Source: Alphaproteobacteria bacterium
Lineage (GTDB): Bacteria > Pseudomonadota > Alphaproteobacteria > TMED109
Assembly (NCBI GenBank): GCA_021296265.1
Contig: JAGWAT010000014.1
Span: forward strand, 1,829 to 65,828
Direction: 5' to 3'
Length of the DNA: 64,000 nt
Under the pieces are notes generated by a model, which worked only from the letters and a program-made list of their open reading frames with translations, ran no database searches and was not told the origin of the DNA. Positions 48,896 through 57,826 of this stretch are shown piece after piece. The position numbers and the translations under genes are program-made. Position 1 is the first letter of the stretch, and each line of letters starts with the position of its first letter.

Positions 48896-48919
48896 GTTTT
48901 CCACAATGTTTTCCACAAT
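48896..48919 (+). repeat. perfect 12-bp x2 tandem repeat GTTTTCCACAAT (two DnaA-box-like TTTTCCACA nonamers)
   Basis: 48896-48907 and 48908-48919 are identical. Each contains TTTTCCACA, one mismatch from the TTATCCACA DnaA-box consensus. It sits 36 nt upstream of the uvrC ATG in a roughly 300-nt AT-richer spacer. Confidence 0.6.
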
Positions 48920-48954
48920 CACGACTGAAGCGGGGCTTGGAGCCTTACGGTTGA

Positions 48955-50910
48955 ATGCGTTCCTTAAGCAGGCCAAAGTCAGGCATGGAACGCCGGACGA
49001 GAGCCCCCTCCAAAACTACCGATGCGTCAGGTTGCGCGCCTGGCACCTCAGATCGAGGCGACCAAAGCGACCTGGAGATCGGAGCCGACGTCGTACGGGA
49101 AGCAGCTCGCTCACTTCCTGCCCGACCCGGTGTCTACCAGATGGAAACCGAAAAACGGGAAGTGCTCTACGTCGGAAAAGCGCGGGTACTTCGAAACCGG
49201 GTTGCCTCGTACGCCGCCGTCCAACGACTGCCGATCCGCCTACAACGGATGATCGCCCAAGTACGGCACATCGAGTTCACGGTCACCGAACATGAAGCCG
49301 AAGCGCTGTTACTGGAAGCCAATCGGATCAAGAAGCTTCGGCCTCGATACAACATCCTCTTGCGGGACGACAAGTCCTATCCCTATATCCGCCTCCGCAC
49401 CGATCACGCCTGGCCGCAGCTCCTCAAACATCGAGGACGCAAGCAGAGAGATGGACACTATTTCGGTCCATTTGCTTCGGTTCGAGCAGTAAATGTGACA
49501 TTGAACGCCCTTCAGCGTGCATTTCCACTGCGTACCTGCTCCGATCGGGAATTTGAGCTTCGCAACCGGCCGTGCCTCCAGTATCAAATCCGTCGTTGTT
49601 CGGCACCCTGCGTCGGAAAGGTCAACGATTCCGAGTACGCCGGATTCGTTGAACAGGCACGGCGTTTTCTTGACGGCGGGGGAAGAGAAGTCCAAGCGGT
49701 ACTTCGCTCAGCCATGGACCGCGCCAGTTCGGATCTCGAATTCGAGCGCGCCGCGGTGCTGCGCGATCGAATTCAGGCGTTGAATACGATTCAGACCGCG
49801 CGCGGTGGCGACTTGCAGCACGTGGGCGATGCAGACGTTTTCGCCGTCGCTGAACAGGGTGGCCAGATAGCGGTTCAGGTCTTTTTCTTCCGCGGCGGTA
49901 GCAATTTCGGTAACCGCACGCATTTCCCGATGCACGGCAAAGACGTATCGCCAGCCACGGTGCTCGGCGCGTTCATTTCGCAATTTTACGATACGCAGGC
50001 GCCGCCGGCGACATTGTTGCTGAACGAGGGTGTTCCGGACATGGCGCTGCTCGCCGAAGCGCTCTCAATAAAAGTTGGACGACGTGTTGCGATCCTTATC
50101 CCCCAGCGTGGTGAAAAACGACAGGCGGTGCGTGCCGGAGAGGACAACGCAAAGGCCGCATTGGCTCGCCGTATTTCTGAGCGCGCGAATCAGCTGGAAA
50201 TGCTGGATGGCTTGGCCAAGGTCTTCGGACTCACGCAGCCGCCACGGCGAATAGAAGTCTATGACAACAGTCACTTGCAGGGAACCCTTCCGGTGGGGGC
50301 GCTCGTTGTTTCCGGGCCAGATGGCTTCATGAAGTCGTCGTATCGTCGGTTCAACGTCCGAACGGCAAATCCGGGCGACGACTATGCGATGATGCGAGAA
50401 GTGCTGACGAGGCGCTTCAAGAGGCTTCAGCGCGAGGATCCAGACCGGAGCAAGGGCCACTGGCCAGATTTCCTACTGATCGATGGCGGGGCAGGGCACC
50501 GCAGAACCGCACTCGAAACGCTTGAGGAACTCGGTATTCTGGGGCCAGCAGTTGTCGGAGTCGCCAAGGGACCTGACCGGAATGCCGGCAGGGAACTCTT
50601 TCATGCCGGTTTTGATCGTCCTGTCTCCCTGACCGTCGACGACCCCGTTTTGTATTTCCTCCAGCGACTTCGTGACGAAGCGCATCGGTTTGCGATCGAA
50701 GGGCATCGGGCTCGCCGGCTTCGCACCGGTATTCAGTCAGAGCTCGATCAATTGCCGGGCATCGGGCCTCGTCGCAAACGGGCACTCATCCTGCATTTCG
50801 GGTCGCTCCAGGCGATTCGAGATGCAACCTTCTCGGAGTTGCTGCAGGTTGACGGCATCAGTGCGGCGGTGGCCCGCACGCTGCACAATCATTTCTCCAG
50901 TGATGGCTAA
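48955..50910 (+). CDS. uvrC: excinuclease ABC subunit C
   Basis: 651 aa. GIY-YIG domain (PGVYQM...VLYVGKA...R...Y), UVR domain (LEFERAAVLRDRIQAL), RNase H-like endonuclease domain, C-terminal (HhH)2. The start could also be ATG 48985. Confidence 0.93.
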   Translation: MRSLSRPKSGMERRTRAPSKTTDASGCAPGTSDRGDQSDLEIGADVVREAARSLPARPGVYQMETEKREVLYVGKARVLRNRVASYAAVQRLPIRLQRMIAQVRHIEFTVTEHEAEALLLEANRIKKLRPRYNILLRDDKSYPYIRLRTDHAWPQLLKHRGRKQRDGHYFGPFASVRAVNVTLNALQRAFPLRTCSDREFELRNRPCLQYQIRRCSAPCVGKVNDSEYAGFVEQARRFLDGGGREVQAVLRSAMDRASSDLEFERAAVLRDRIQALNTIQTARGGDLQHVGDADVFAVAEQGGQIAVQVFFFRGGSNFGNRTHFPMHGKDVSPATVLGAFISQFYDTQAPPATLLLNEGVPDMALLAEALSIKVGRRVAILIPQRGEKRQAVRAGEDNAKAALARRISERANQLEMLDGLAKVFGLTQPPRRIEVYDNSHLQGTLPVGALVVSGPDGFMKSSYRRFNVRTANPGDDYAMMREVLTRRFKRLQREDPDRSKGHWPDFLLIDGGAGHRRTALETLEELGILGPAVVGVAKGPDRNAGRELFHAGFDRPVSLTVDDPVLYFLQRLRDEAHRFAIEGHRARRLRTGIQSELDQLPGIGPRRKRALILHFGSLQAIRDATFSELLQVDGISAAVARTLHNHFSSDG

Positions 50911-51466
50911 ATTCGACAGATTCAATCCGGCCCTGTTCGTGACTTGCGGACGGATTGCGCTGGTAGTCCCGTTTGTGGCCTGTTTCTATCTGCCTGGCTC
51001 ATGGAGCATATGGGGAACCGGCGGCTTGTTCGTTGCGGCTGGCCTCAGCGATGCTCTCGATGGCTGGCTAGCCCGTCGGTTGGACATCGTGACCGAACTT
51101 GGAAGCATCCTTGACCCGGTGGCAGACAAGGTGATGCATGCGGCGGCACTGATCATGCTAACTGCTGACGGTCGGGTTCCGGCGGTGGCAGCGGCCATCC
51201 TGCTTGTCCGTGATTTCCTCGTAGGCGGTTTACGGCAATTGGAGCAGGGAAGGGAGACCTTTGCGGTCTCTGCCGTCGCCAAGGTCAAGACCGCACTACA
51301 GTTCTTGGCCTTGAGCGTACTTTTGTTTGCGCCGGGGGTACCGGAGACAGAATGGCCGGTCATAGCAGGATTGGCCCTTCTGTGGTTCAGCGTCTCGCTG
51401 AGTCTCTGGAGTGGCGGCCTCTATACCCTGCGAGCGGTTACCGCCCTGTCGCCGAAGCAGGAATAG
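50903..51466 (+). CDS. pgsA: CDP-diacylglycerol--glycerol-3-phosphate 3-phosphatidyltransferase
   Basis: Internal ATG of track ORF 50672..51466, overlapping the uvrC stop by 8 nt. 187 aa. CDP-alcohol phosphotransferase motif DALDGWLARRL...GSILDPVADK. Confidence 0.88.
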   Translation: MAKFDRFNPALFVTCGRIALVVPFVACFYLPGSWSIWGTGGLFVAAGLSDALDGWLARRLDIVTELGSILDPVADKVMHAAALIMLTADGRVPAVAAAILLVRDFLVGGLRQLEQGRETFAVSAVAKVKTALQFLALSVLLFAPGVPETEWPVIAGLALLWFSVSLSLWSGGLYTLRAVTALSPKQE

Positions 51467-51625
51467 GTCCCGTTGCGTCACAACCACCGCATCACGGGCA
51501 AGCCCGTTGTCCTTCCACAGAATGCCTCGGAATTGGCAAGATGGGTTCACCGAAACCGGGCAGGCTATTGGACGAGTACGAACCCGCACGGCGGCGGTGT
51601 CAAGTCTGTCATTTGATGAGGAATC

Positions 51626-52498
51626 ATGTTTGAACCACCCAAGACCCACTACCGGGTACCGCGTACCCTTTACTCCGGCCAAGATGAAACCGAAGGTGAT
51701 GGAGTTCAGGTTCGACGCCTGATCGGTGTTCCGGCGCTCGACATGGTCGATCCCTTTCTACTGCTTGATGTGTTTTCTATGGCCGGGAGCCAAGGCCGAC
51801 AGACGGGCTTCCCGCCCCATCCACATCGTGGGTTTGAAACCGTTACGTATCTCCTCGCTGGACAAGTACGCCACGAAGACAGTGCAGGACACTCAGGCCT
51901 GCTGAAGGCCGGCGGAGTGCAATGGATGACTGCGGGGCGAGGAATCGTGCACTCAGAAATGCCCGAGACTGCCAACGGCCCGGTGGCAGGGTTTCAACTT
52001 TGGGTCAATTTGCCGAAATCACACAAAATGACCCGCGCCAGTTATCAGGAGTTTGATGCGAACGAAATCCCGCTGGAACGAAGGGGCGCTCAAGTAACAG
52101 TGAAGGTAATTGCTGGCACAACCGGGCGAGGCACGACCGGCCCCGTGCGACAGCCATTGACCGAGCCGAGGTATTTTGACTTTCAGCTTGGAGCCGGAGC
52201 CGCCGTGGTCGAGCCGATTCCGGACGATCACAGTGCTTTCATCTACATGATTGATGGAACAGTCGAGTTTCCTGGCGACGACCTCAGCATTCATCCACTC
52301 GCAAAAGGAACGATTGCAGTGCTCTCGAACGGGACGGAATTACGCGTTTCTGCAGGAACGGACGGAGCACATTTCCTCTTCGTTTCCGGCCGTCCCCTTC
52401 GTGAATCGGTTGCACGCAGCGGAGGGTTTGTTATGAACACGCTGACGGAGGTCCAAGCTGCGCAAGAAGACTTCCGCCTCGATCGGCTAACAGGCTAG
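51626..52498 (+). CDS. pirin family protein
   Basis: 290 aa. Bicupin with metal site HPHRGFETVTYLL...H...E, and WVNLP. Confidence 0.88.
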   Translation: MFEPPKTHYRVPRTLYSGQDETEGDGVQVRRLIGVPALDMVDPFLLLDVFSMAGSQGRQTGFPPHPHRGFETVTYLLAGQVRHEDSAGHSGLLKAGGVQWMTAGRGIVHSEMPETANGPVAGFQLWVNLPKSHKMTRASYQEFDANEIPLERRGAQVTVKVIAGTTGRGTTGPVRQPLTEPRYFDFQLGAGAAVVEPIPDDHSAFIYMIDGTVEFPGDDLSIHPLAKGTIAVLSNGTELRVSAGTDGAHFLFVSGRPLRESVARSGGFVMNTLTEVQAAQEDFRLDRLTG

Positions 52499-52508
52499 AG
52501 CACGTCCG

Positions 52509-52760
52509 GTGGAAGTACTCTATTTCGCGTGGGTGCGGGACCGCGTCGGTACGGCGCGCGAGCAAGTCGATCCGCCCGAATCGGTGAACACGGTCGGCGA
52601 ACTTGTGCGTTGGCTTGCCTCACGGAGCAGCGGACACGCTGCAGCATTCCGTGATTGCGAGCTGCTTCGGGCAGCGGTGAATCAAGAACATGTCCCGTTT
52701 GGGCATCCGATAGCGGCCGGTGACGAAGTGGCCTTTTTCCCACCTATGACCGGAGGCTGA
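52509..52760 (+). CDS. moaD: molybdopterin synthase sulfur carrier subunit MoaD
   Basis: 83 aa, GTG start. Ubiquitin-like fold pattern with AVNQE... and a C-terminal ...FFPPMTGG di-glycine. Confidence 0.88.
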   Translation: MEVLYFAWVRDRVGTAREQVDPPESVNTVGELVRWLASRSSGHAAAFRDCELLRAAVNQEHVPFGHPIAAGDEVAFFPPMTGG

Positions 52761-52764
52761 GCCC

Positions 52765-53229
52765 GTGATTCGGGTGCAAGGCGTTGATTTTGATCCGGGT
52801 GCCGAGATCGACAAGCTCTTGCACGGGCACACTGCAGTCGGGGGGGTGGCAAGCTTCATCGGAGTAGTCCGGGACGACCCCCACGGTCCTACGCTTCGGG
52901 CGATGACCCTTGAGCATTACCCGGGGATGACTGAGCGCATGCTGGCTTCCATTGAGCAGGAAGCGAATCGGCGGTGGAGCCTCTCCGCGAGCCTTATCAT
53001 CCATCGCTACGGACGCATGGTTCCAGGAGATCGCATTGTCCTGGTAGTTACGGCCGCTCCCCATCGCCAGGCAGCTCTTGAGAGTTGTCAGTTTCTGATC
53101 GACTGGCTGAAAACCAAGGCCCCGTTCTGGAAGTGTGAAGAGACAGAAGAGGGGGAGCACTGGGTCGAGGCTCAAGTACGTGATGACGTTGCAGCGGCGA
53201 AATGGCAGACCGAGCACTCTGCGAATTGA
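52765..53229 (+). CDS. moaE: molybdopterin synthase catalytic subunit MoaE
   Basis: 154 aa. GGVASFIGVVRD, LEHYPGM, HR...AL..C.FLID.LK..APFWK. Confidence 0.88.
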   Translation: MIRVQGVDFDPGAEIDKLLHGHTAVGGVASFIGVVRDDPHGPTLRAMTLEHYPGMTERMLASIEQEANRRWSLSASLIIHRYGRMVPGDRIVLVVTAAPHRQAALESCQFLIDWLKTKAPFWKCEETEEGEHWVEAQVRDDVAAAKWQTEHSAN

Positions 53230-53372
53230 TCCCTTCCAGCCGACTTTGAATCCCCATCACCATGGGGGCAGAGGAATTGCTCAATCAGGCATGCGCACAA
53301 GGCATGCAGGCGTTCGCCAAAATGCTTCAGAAGTTCAAAGCAGGCAGCAGATCAGGTTGCCTGTGTCTCGGG

Positions 53373-54242
53373 TCAACCGCAGGTCAGCTTGGCATATTCC
53401 TCGATCATGAGCCGGCAGATCTTGCCGGGCGTGAAGGAATGTTGGCCGATGACCGACACCGGTGTGACTTCTGCCGCCGTTCCCGTCACGAAGACTTCCT
53501 CCGCAAGGCCGATATCTTCAGGCATGATCACTTCCTCGACCACTTCGATTCCCTTTGCCTTGGCGATACCGATAGCAGTACGCCGGGTAATTCCATCCAG
53601 GAAGCAGTCTGGTACGGGCGTGTGAATGACGCCGTCTCGCACGAAGAATATGTTGGCGCCCGTAGTTTCCGCCACCCGTCCACGATGATCGAGCATGAGT
53701 GCGTCGTCGTAGCCCTTACTTTCGGCGGCGTGCTTGGCAAGCGTGCACGTCATGTAGAGGCCGGCAGCCTTCGTATTTACCGGCGCGGTCTCAGGTGACG
53801 GGCGTCGCCAATCGGCAAGTGCCAGCCTGATCCCCTTTAGTCGGGCCTCTGGCGAGAAATAAGAGGGCCACTCCCAAGCTGCGACGGCGATGTGAATGGT
53901 ATTCCGCTGGGCAGAAATACCCATCATCTCACTGCCACGCCAGACTACTGGCCGGACGTAGCCATCCACGATCCCATTGGCTTCGAGCACGGCACGGCGA
54001 GCCTTGCCGAGTTCCTCTCCGGAACAGGGGAACTCCATCCCCAGCGTGGTGGCTGAATGAATCAATCGGTCCGTATGTTCTTGCTCTTTAAAGATTTTAC
54101 CCCCGTACGCCCGTTCACCTTCGAATACAGAACTGGCGTAATGCAGTGCATGGCTCAGTACGTGTAGCTGCGCCGCCTGCCAAGGCAGTAATTCGCCGTC
54201 AAGCCAAAGCTGCCCCGGCAGTCGGCCGTAATCTTCAATCAT
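53373..54242 (-). CDS. ilvE: branched-chain amino acid aminotransferase
   Basis: Track ORF 53373..54566. ATG 54242 gives a 289-aa protein: MIEDYG...HALHYASSVFEGERAY, EANGIVDGYVRP, NTKAAGLYM, ETTGANIFFV, REDI..ADEVFVTGTAAEVTPV. Confidence 0.9.
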   Translation of the reverse strand: MIEDYGRLPGQLWLDGELLPWQAAQLHVLSHALHYASSVFEGERAYGGKIFKEQEHTDRLIHSATTLGMEFPCSGEELGKARRAVLEANGIVDGYVRPVVWRGSEMMGISAQRNTIHIAVAAWEWPSYFSPEARLKGIRLALADWRRPSPETAPVNTKAAGLYMTCTLAKHAAESKGYDDALMLDHRGRVAETTGANIFFVRDGVIHTPVPDCFLDGITRRTAIGIAKAKGIEVVEEVIMPEDIGLAEEVFVTGTAAEVTPVSVIGQHSFTPGKICRLMIEEYAKLTCG

Positions 54243-54320
54243 GGGAAATGGCCCACAGGAATCACTGGTAGCGTTCCGGAAAGGACCGCATCGTAGTACC
54301 TTACCTCTAGAAACGTCAAC

Positions 54321-54785
54321 ATGGCTGACGCATTTATGTCGGACCTCGCAGCACGTGCCATCGCCGAACGTCTTTTCTTCGGCTATCGCGCATTTACAGG
54401 CGACGCTGACCGTGTCCTGGCGAGTCGCGGGCTTGGCCGCGCGCATCATAGGGCGCTGTATTTCATCGAACGGGCCGGGAGCATTCCGGTACACGAACTG
54501 CTGGCTACGCTGGGCATTACGAAGCAGGCATTGACCCGAGTGCTTCGGGAACTGATGGACGCGCAACTGGTCGAACGTCGACGGGACCCAACGGACGGAC
54601 GTCGGGGTATTCTGACGCTGACAGAAACTGGCCGGGCGCTGGAACTATCTCTGCTGCACGCCCAGCGAGCTCGGATTGAGGTTGCCCTAGCCCAGGCCGG
54701 ACCGAGCGGTCGGGAGGCCATTCACACTTTTCTCGAAGCCCTGATGGAACCGGAAGACCGCGGCCGTATCGGACTCTCGCTGTGA
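54321..54785 (+). CDS. MarR family transcriptional regulator
   Basis: 154 aa. Winged-helix segment HRALYFIERAGSIPVHELLATLGITKQALTRVLRELMDAQLVERRRDPTDGRR. Divergent from ilvE. Confidence 0.8.
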   Translation: MADAFMSDLAARAIAERLFFGYRAFTGDADRVLASRGLGRAHHRALYFIERAGSIPVHELLATLGITKQALTRVLRELMDAQLVERRRDPTDGRRGILTLTETGRALELSLLHAQRARIEVALAQAGPSGREAIHTFLEALMEPEDRGRIGLSL

Positions 54786-55483
54786 ACATAGCGCCGAGTG
54801 CAACGCTGCAGCCGCTCGAAGCCAGGCTGCTCGTCGTTGACGACGATTCACGACTGAGAAATCTTCTGCAACGATATCTATCCGGGCAGGGGTACCTTGT
54901 GGATGTCGCTCAGGATGCAGGCGCGGCAAGAGAACGCCTCGCAGGAATCGCCTATGACCTCATCGTGCTCGATGTCAGCATGCCGGGAGAAGACGGCTTG
55001 GCGCTCGCACGCTCATTGCGGGCATTGGACAACGTTCCGATCCTTTTTTTGACCGCACGGAAGGAAACACGACACCGCATCGAGGGACTGGAAGCAGGGG
55101 CGGACGACTACATGGGGAAGCCGTTCGACCCGCACGAGCTTTCGTTGCGTGTGGCCAGTCTGCTGCGTCGCGTGAAGCCAGTTCCTCCTTCTGGCTGGGT
55201 GCATTTCGGCGAGTATCGTTTTGATCTTGAACGACGTCGCCTCTGGAATCGCTCGGGGCCAGTCCAGCTCACCGCCCGCGAGGGCGAGGTGCTGGTACGA
55301 TTGGCCAAAGCAGCCGGTAAGCCGGTGTCACGCGACGTGCTGGGGCAGGGGAGTTCGCTCGGAGAGCGGAGCGTTGATGTCTGCATCAATCGGCTTCGCC
55401 GGAAGCTCGGCGAAAGCGCCCGTTCTGCGCAGCACATCGTCTCGATTCGCGGTACGGGATACGCGCTTCGCGCGAGCCCTTGA
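54782..55483 (+). CDS. OmpR-family response regulator
   Basis: GTGA overlap with the MarR gene. Receiver domain (LLVVDDD, LIVLDVSMPGEDG, ...DDYMGKPF) plus winged-helix output (LTAREGEVLVRL..., SVDVCINRLRRKL, IVSIRGTGYAL). Confidence 0.88.
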   Translation: MNIAPSATLQPLEARLLVVDDDSRLRNLLQRYLSGQGYLVDVAQDAGAARERLAGIAYDLIVLDVSMPGEDGLALARSLRALDNVPILFLTARKETRHRIEGLEAGADDYMGKPFDPHELSLRVASLLRRVKPVPPSGWVHFGEYRFDLERRRLWNRSGPVQLTAREGEVLVRLAKAAGKPVSRDVLGQGSSLGERSVDVCINRLRRKLGESARSAQHIVSIRGTGYALRASP

Positions 55484-56811
55484 TGAGGTGCTTTCTGTTT
55501 AAGCGGTCCAGTTTAGAAGTCCGGCGAGTGCTGCCTCGAGGGTTTTTCGGTCGAGCCCTCGTCATCGTCGCTGTACCCCTCGTTCTCCTGCAATTGATTC
55601 TTGCCGCGATTTTCTACGAAGAGCACTGGGAAGAAGTGGGGCGCCAGCTAGCATTCCAGTTTGCCAATCAGATCAGCTCGATCAGCAAACAAATCGTTGT
55701 TACGCCTCAAGAGGCTGACGCAATCATCAGTCAGAGTGAGGCCGCGTTCAACGTTCAATTGCGCTATGAGCCCGGAGCAACCTTGGACGGGGCGTTTGCG
55801 CACCCTGCTAGCAGCTATCTGGACTATGCCTTGGAACGCATGCTCGGTCGAAGGTTGGACTATCCGTACCGATATGACACCCGTTCACGTGACGAGGCGG
55901 TGGAAGTGAAAGTAGGGCTGCCTTCCGGCGTTCTGTCCGTCATTGCGCCGATCGAGCATGTATCGAGTTCCACAACCAACATCTTCATTTCCCTGATGAT
56001 CATGAGTTCGGTGCTTGCATTCGTGTTGGCCGTGTACTTCCTGCGACAGCAGGTTCTTCCACTTCGCGCTGTCGCCAGGGCTGCCGAGCACTTTGGTCGG
56101 GGTGACACTCACACTCCACTCGTCGTTCGGGGTGCTACGGAAGTTCGGAGAGTGGCGCAGGAATTCCTGACGATGCGAGACCGGATCCGGGGTCAAATCG
56201 AGCAGCGGACCGAGTTTCTGGCTGGCGTGAGCCACGACCTACGCACTCTTGTAACCCGTCTTCGCTTGCAACTTGAGCTGCTCGGGGACAATGAAGATCG
56301 GAACAGCATGAAAGCCGATCTCGATGAAATGGAGCACATGATCGAGTCGTATCTTGCGTTCGCACAAGGAGAAGGGGAGGAAGCCCCCGACAATGTCGAT
56401 TTGGCCGAGCTCTTGGGCGGCCTAGTTGACCGGTTTGACGACGGTTCTGGCCGAATCGAATTCAGATCGAGTGAGCCCGTACATGCCCGTGTGCGGGCGG
56501 GAGCCGTACGACGTGCCATTTCGAATCTCTTGGAGAATTCACTGCGGCAAGGACGTCAGCTGGAAGTCAGCCTGACGCAAGAAAAGGATGGGGCACACAT
56601 CGTGATTGATGACGACGGCCCTGGAATTCGCCCTGAACGACGCGAGGAAGCGTTCAAACCGTTTCGACAGCTCGGCGGCGGCACGAGGTCTGGAGGAACC
56701 GGGCTCGGACTTACCATTGCACGTGATATTGCTCGCAGCCACGGTGGCGAGATCGAGTTAGGGGATTCCCCGGCAGGCGGCCTGCGCGCTCTGTTCCGCA
56801 TTCCGTTGTGA
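55483..56811 (+). CDS. EnvZ-like sensor histidine kinase
   Basis: ATG 55483 overlaps the regulator stop. Two transmembrane helices flank a periplasmic domain. HAMP, H-box FLAGVSHDLRTLVTRL, N box NLLENS, G1 DDDGPGI, G2 GGTGLGL. Confidence 0.88.
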   Translation: MRCFLFKRSSLEVRRVLPRGFFGRALVIVAVPLVLLQLILAAIFYEEHWEEVGRQLAFQFANQISSISKQIVVTPQEADAIISQSEAAFNVQLRYEPGATLDGAFAHPASSYLDYALERMLGRRLDYPYRYDTRSRDEAVEVKVGLPSGVLSVIAPIEHVSSSTTNIFISLMIMSSVLAFVLAVYFLRQQVLPLRAVARAAEHFGRGDTHTPLVVRGATEVRRVAQEFLTMRDRIRGQIEQRTEFLAGVSHDLRTLVTRLRLQLELLGDNEDRNSMKADLDEMEHMIESYLAFAQGEGEEAPDNVDLAELLGGLVDRFDDGSGRIEFRSSEPVHARVRAGAVRRAISNLLENSLRQGRQLEVSLTQEKDGAHIVIDDDGPGIRPERREEAFKPFRQLGGGTRSGGTGLGLTIARDIARSHGGEIELGDSPAGGLRALFRIPL

Positions 56812-56845
56812 GCACTGCAGCGCTGGTGACTTCGGTTAGGAAGCG

Positions 56846-57421
56846 ATGAACACGCCGGTGCATCTGCTCATGGGGGTTGCCGCCTGCGGGCTCCCTGGTG
56901 GAAAGGCGAGGAATGCCGCGGCACTTGCAGGAGCCCTGGTACCCGATGTCACAATCATCGCGATGGTGGCCTGGCAAGGGTGGGTGGTCGGGCGAACCGG
57001 GGGGCAGATCTTTGGTACCGACTACTTCACGGCGTTCTGGCAGGAAATCTTCGCGGTCTCGAACTCCGTTCCTCTGTTTCTCGCATGTGCAGCCCTGGGC
57101 CTTCTCGCACGGCTTCGCTGGGCAGTCGCCTTTGGCATCGCTGCCATCCTCCACGTCCTCACGGACATCCCGCTGCACGCAGGGGATGGACATCCACCAT
57201 TCTGGCCGTTCTCAGACTGGATTTATGTGAGTTCATTCTCGTACTGGGACGTGCGGCACGGGGCCCACATCCTAGCTCCGGCTGAATTCGTACTGTGTCT
57301 GATGCTTGCTATCTGGCTTTGGGTGAAATTCCGAGGGCTTCCGGCCCGCTTGGTCATCGCGCTTGCTGTCTTCGTCGAAGCAGCCTTCGTTTTCGGCGCG
57401 GAGATGATCTACGGCGCATAA
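56846..57421 (+). CDS. membrane-bound metal-dependent hydrolase (DUF457/YdjM-like)
   Basis: 191 aa, polytopic. N-terminal MNTPVHLLMG and late HVLTDIPLH histidine/aspartate motifs typical of the family. Confidence 0.55.
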   Translation: MNTPVHLLMGVAACGLPGGKARNAAALAGALVPDVTIIAMVAWQGWVVGRTGGQIFGTDYFTAFWQEIFAVSNSVPLFLACAALGLLARLRWAVAFGIAAILHVLTDIPLHAGDGHPPFWPFSDWIYVSSFSYWDVRHGAHILAPAEFVLCLMLAIWLWVKFRGLPARLVIALAVFVEAAFVFGAEMIYGA

Positions 57422-57517
57422 TTCGACCGGCCGCGTCGCACATAGAACGTCGTTCGAAGAAGGAAGCGGAGGCGGGCACCGGCACGAGAAGGCCACCTCA
57501 TACACCCATATAGTGCG

Positions 57518-57536
57518 CATAATGATGATTATGGAA
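57518..57536. promoter_or_regulatory. Fur-box-like AT-rich site upstream of the porin-like gene
   Basis: CATAATGATGATTATGGAA matches 12 of 19 positions of the GATAATGATAATCATTATC Fur consensus by hand alignment. It is embedded in the lowest-GC stretch of the window (about 57500-57600), about 290 nt upstream of ATG 57827. Confidence 0.3.
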
Positions 57537-57826
57537 ACTATAGCGAATCCTTAGGATATATCTCTAAATAATTGCCATTAGGGCATTTTTGTAGATTGTG
57601 CGATCGAGCACGCATCCGACCCAAGCGCCTTTCCGTCGGAAGATTGGGCGAACTGACGGATTGTTCTGGCTTGCGGAACTGGCGTCGATGCGATACGGCT
57701 GACTGCGGTCAATGATGTGCGGCGCACCAAATTTAACTAAGTCTTCGTTCCCTTAATGGCGCGCCTTGCACGATCGTGATGAGGCCCAATTGGCATAAAC
57801 TCTGATTTCCATAAGGCGGAGAAACC

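Noticed and set aside
57445-57459. GAACGTCGTTCGAAG as an alphaproteobacterial SOS box (GAAC-N7-GAAC) linked to the YdjM-like hydrolase
   Set aside because: The last position mismatches (GAAG). The site also lies downstream of the hydrolase stop rather than in a promoter. No second supporting feature was found.
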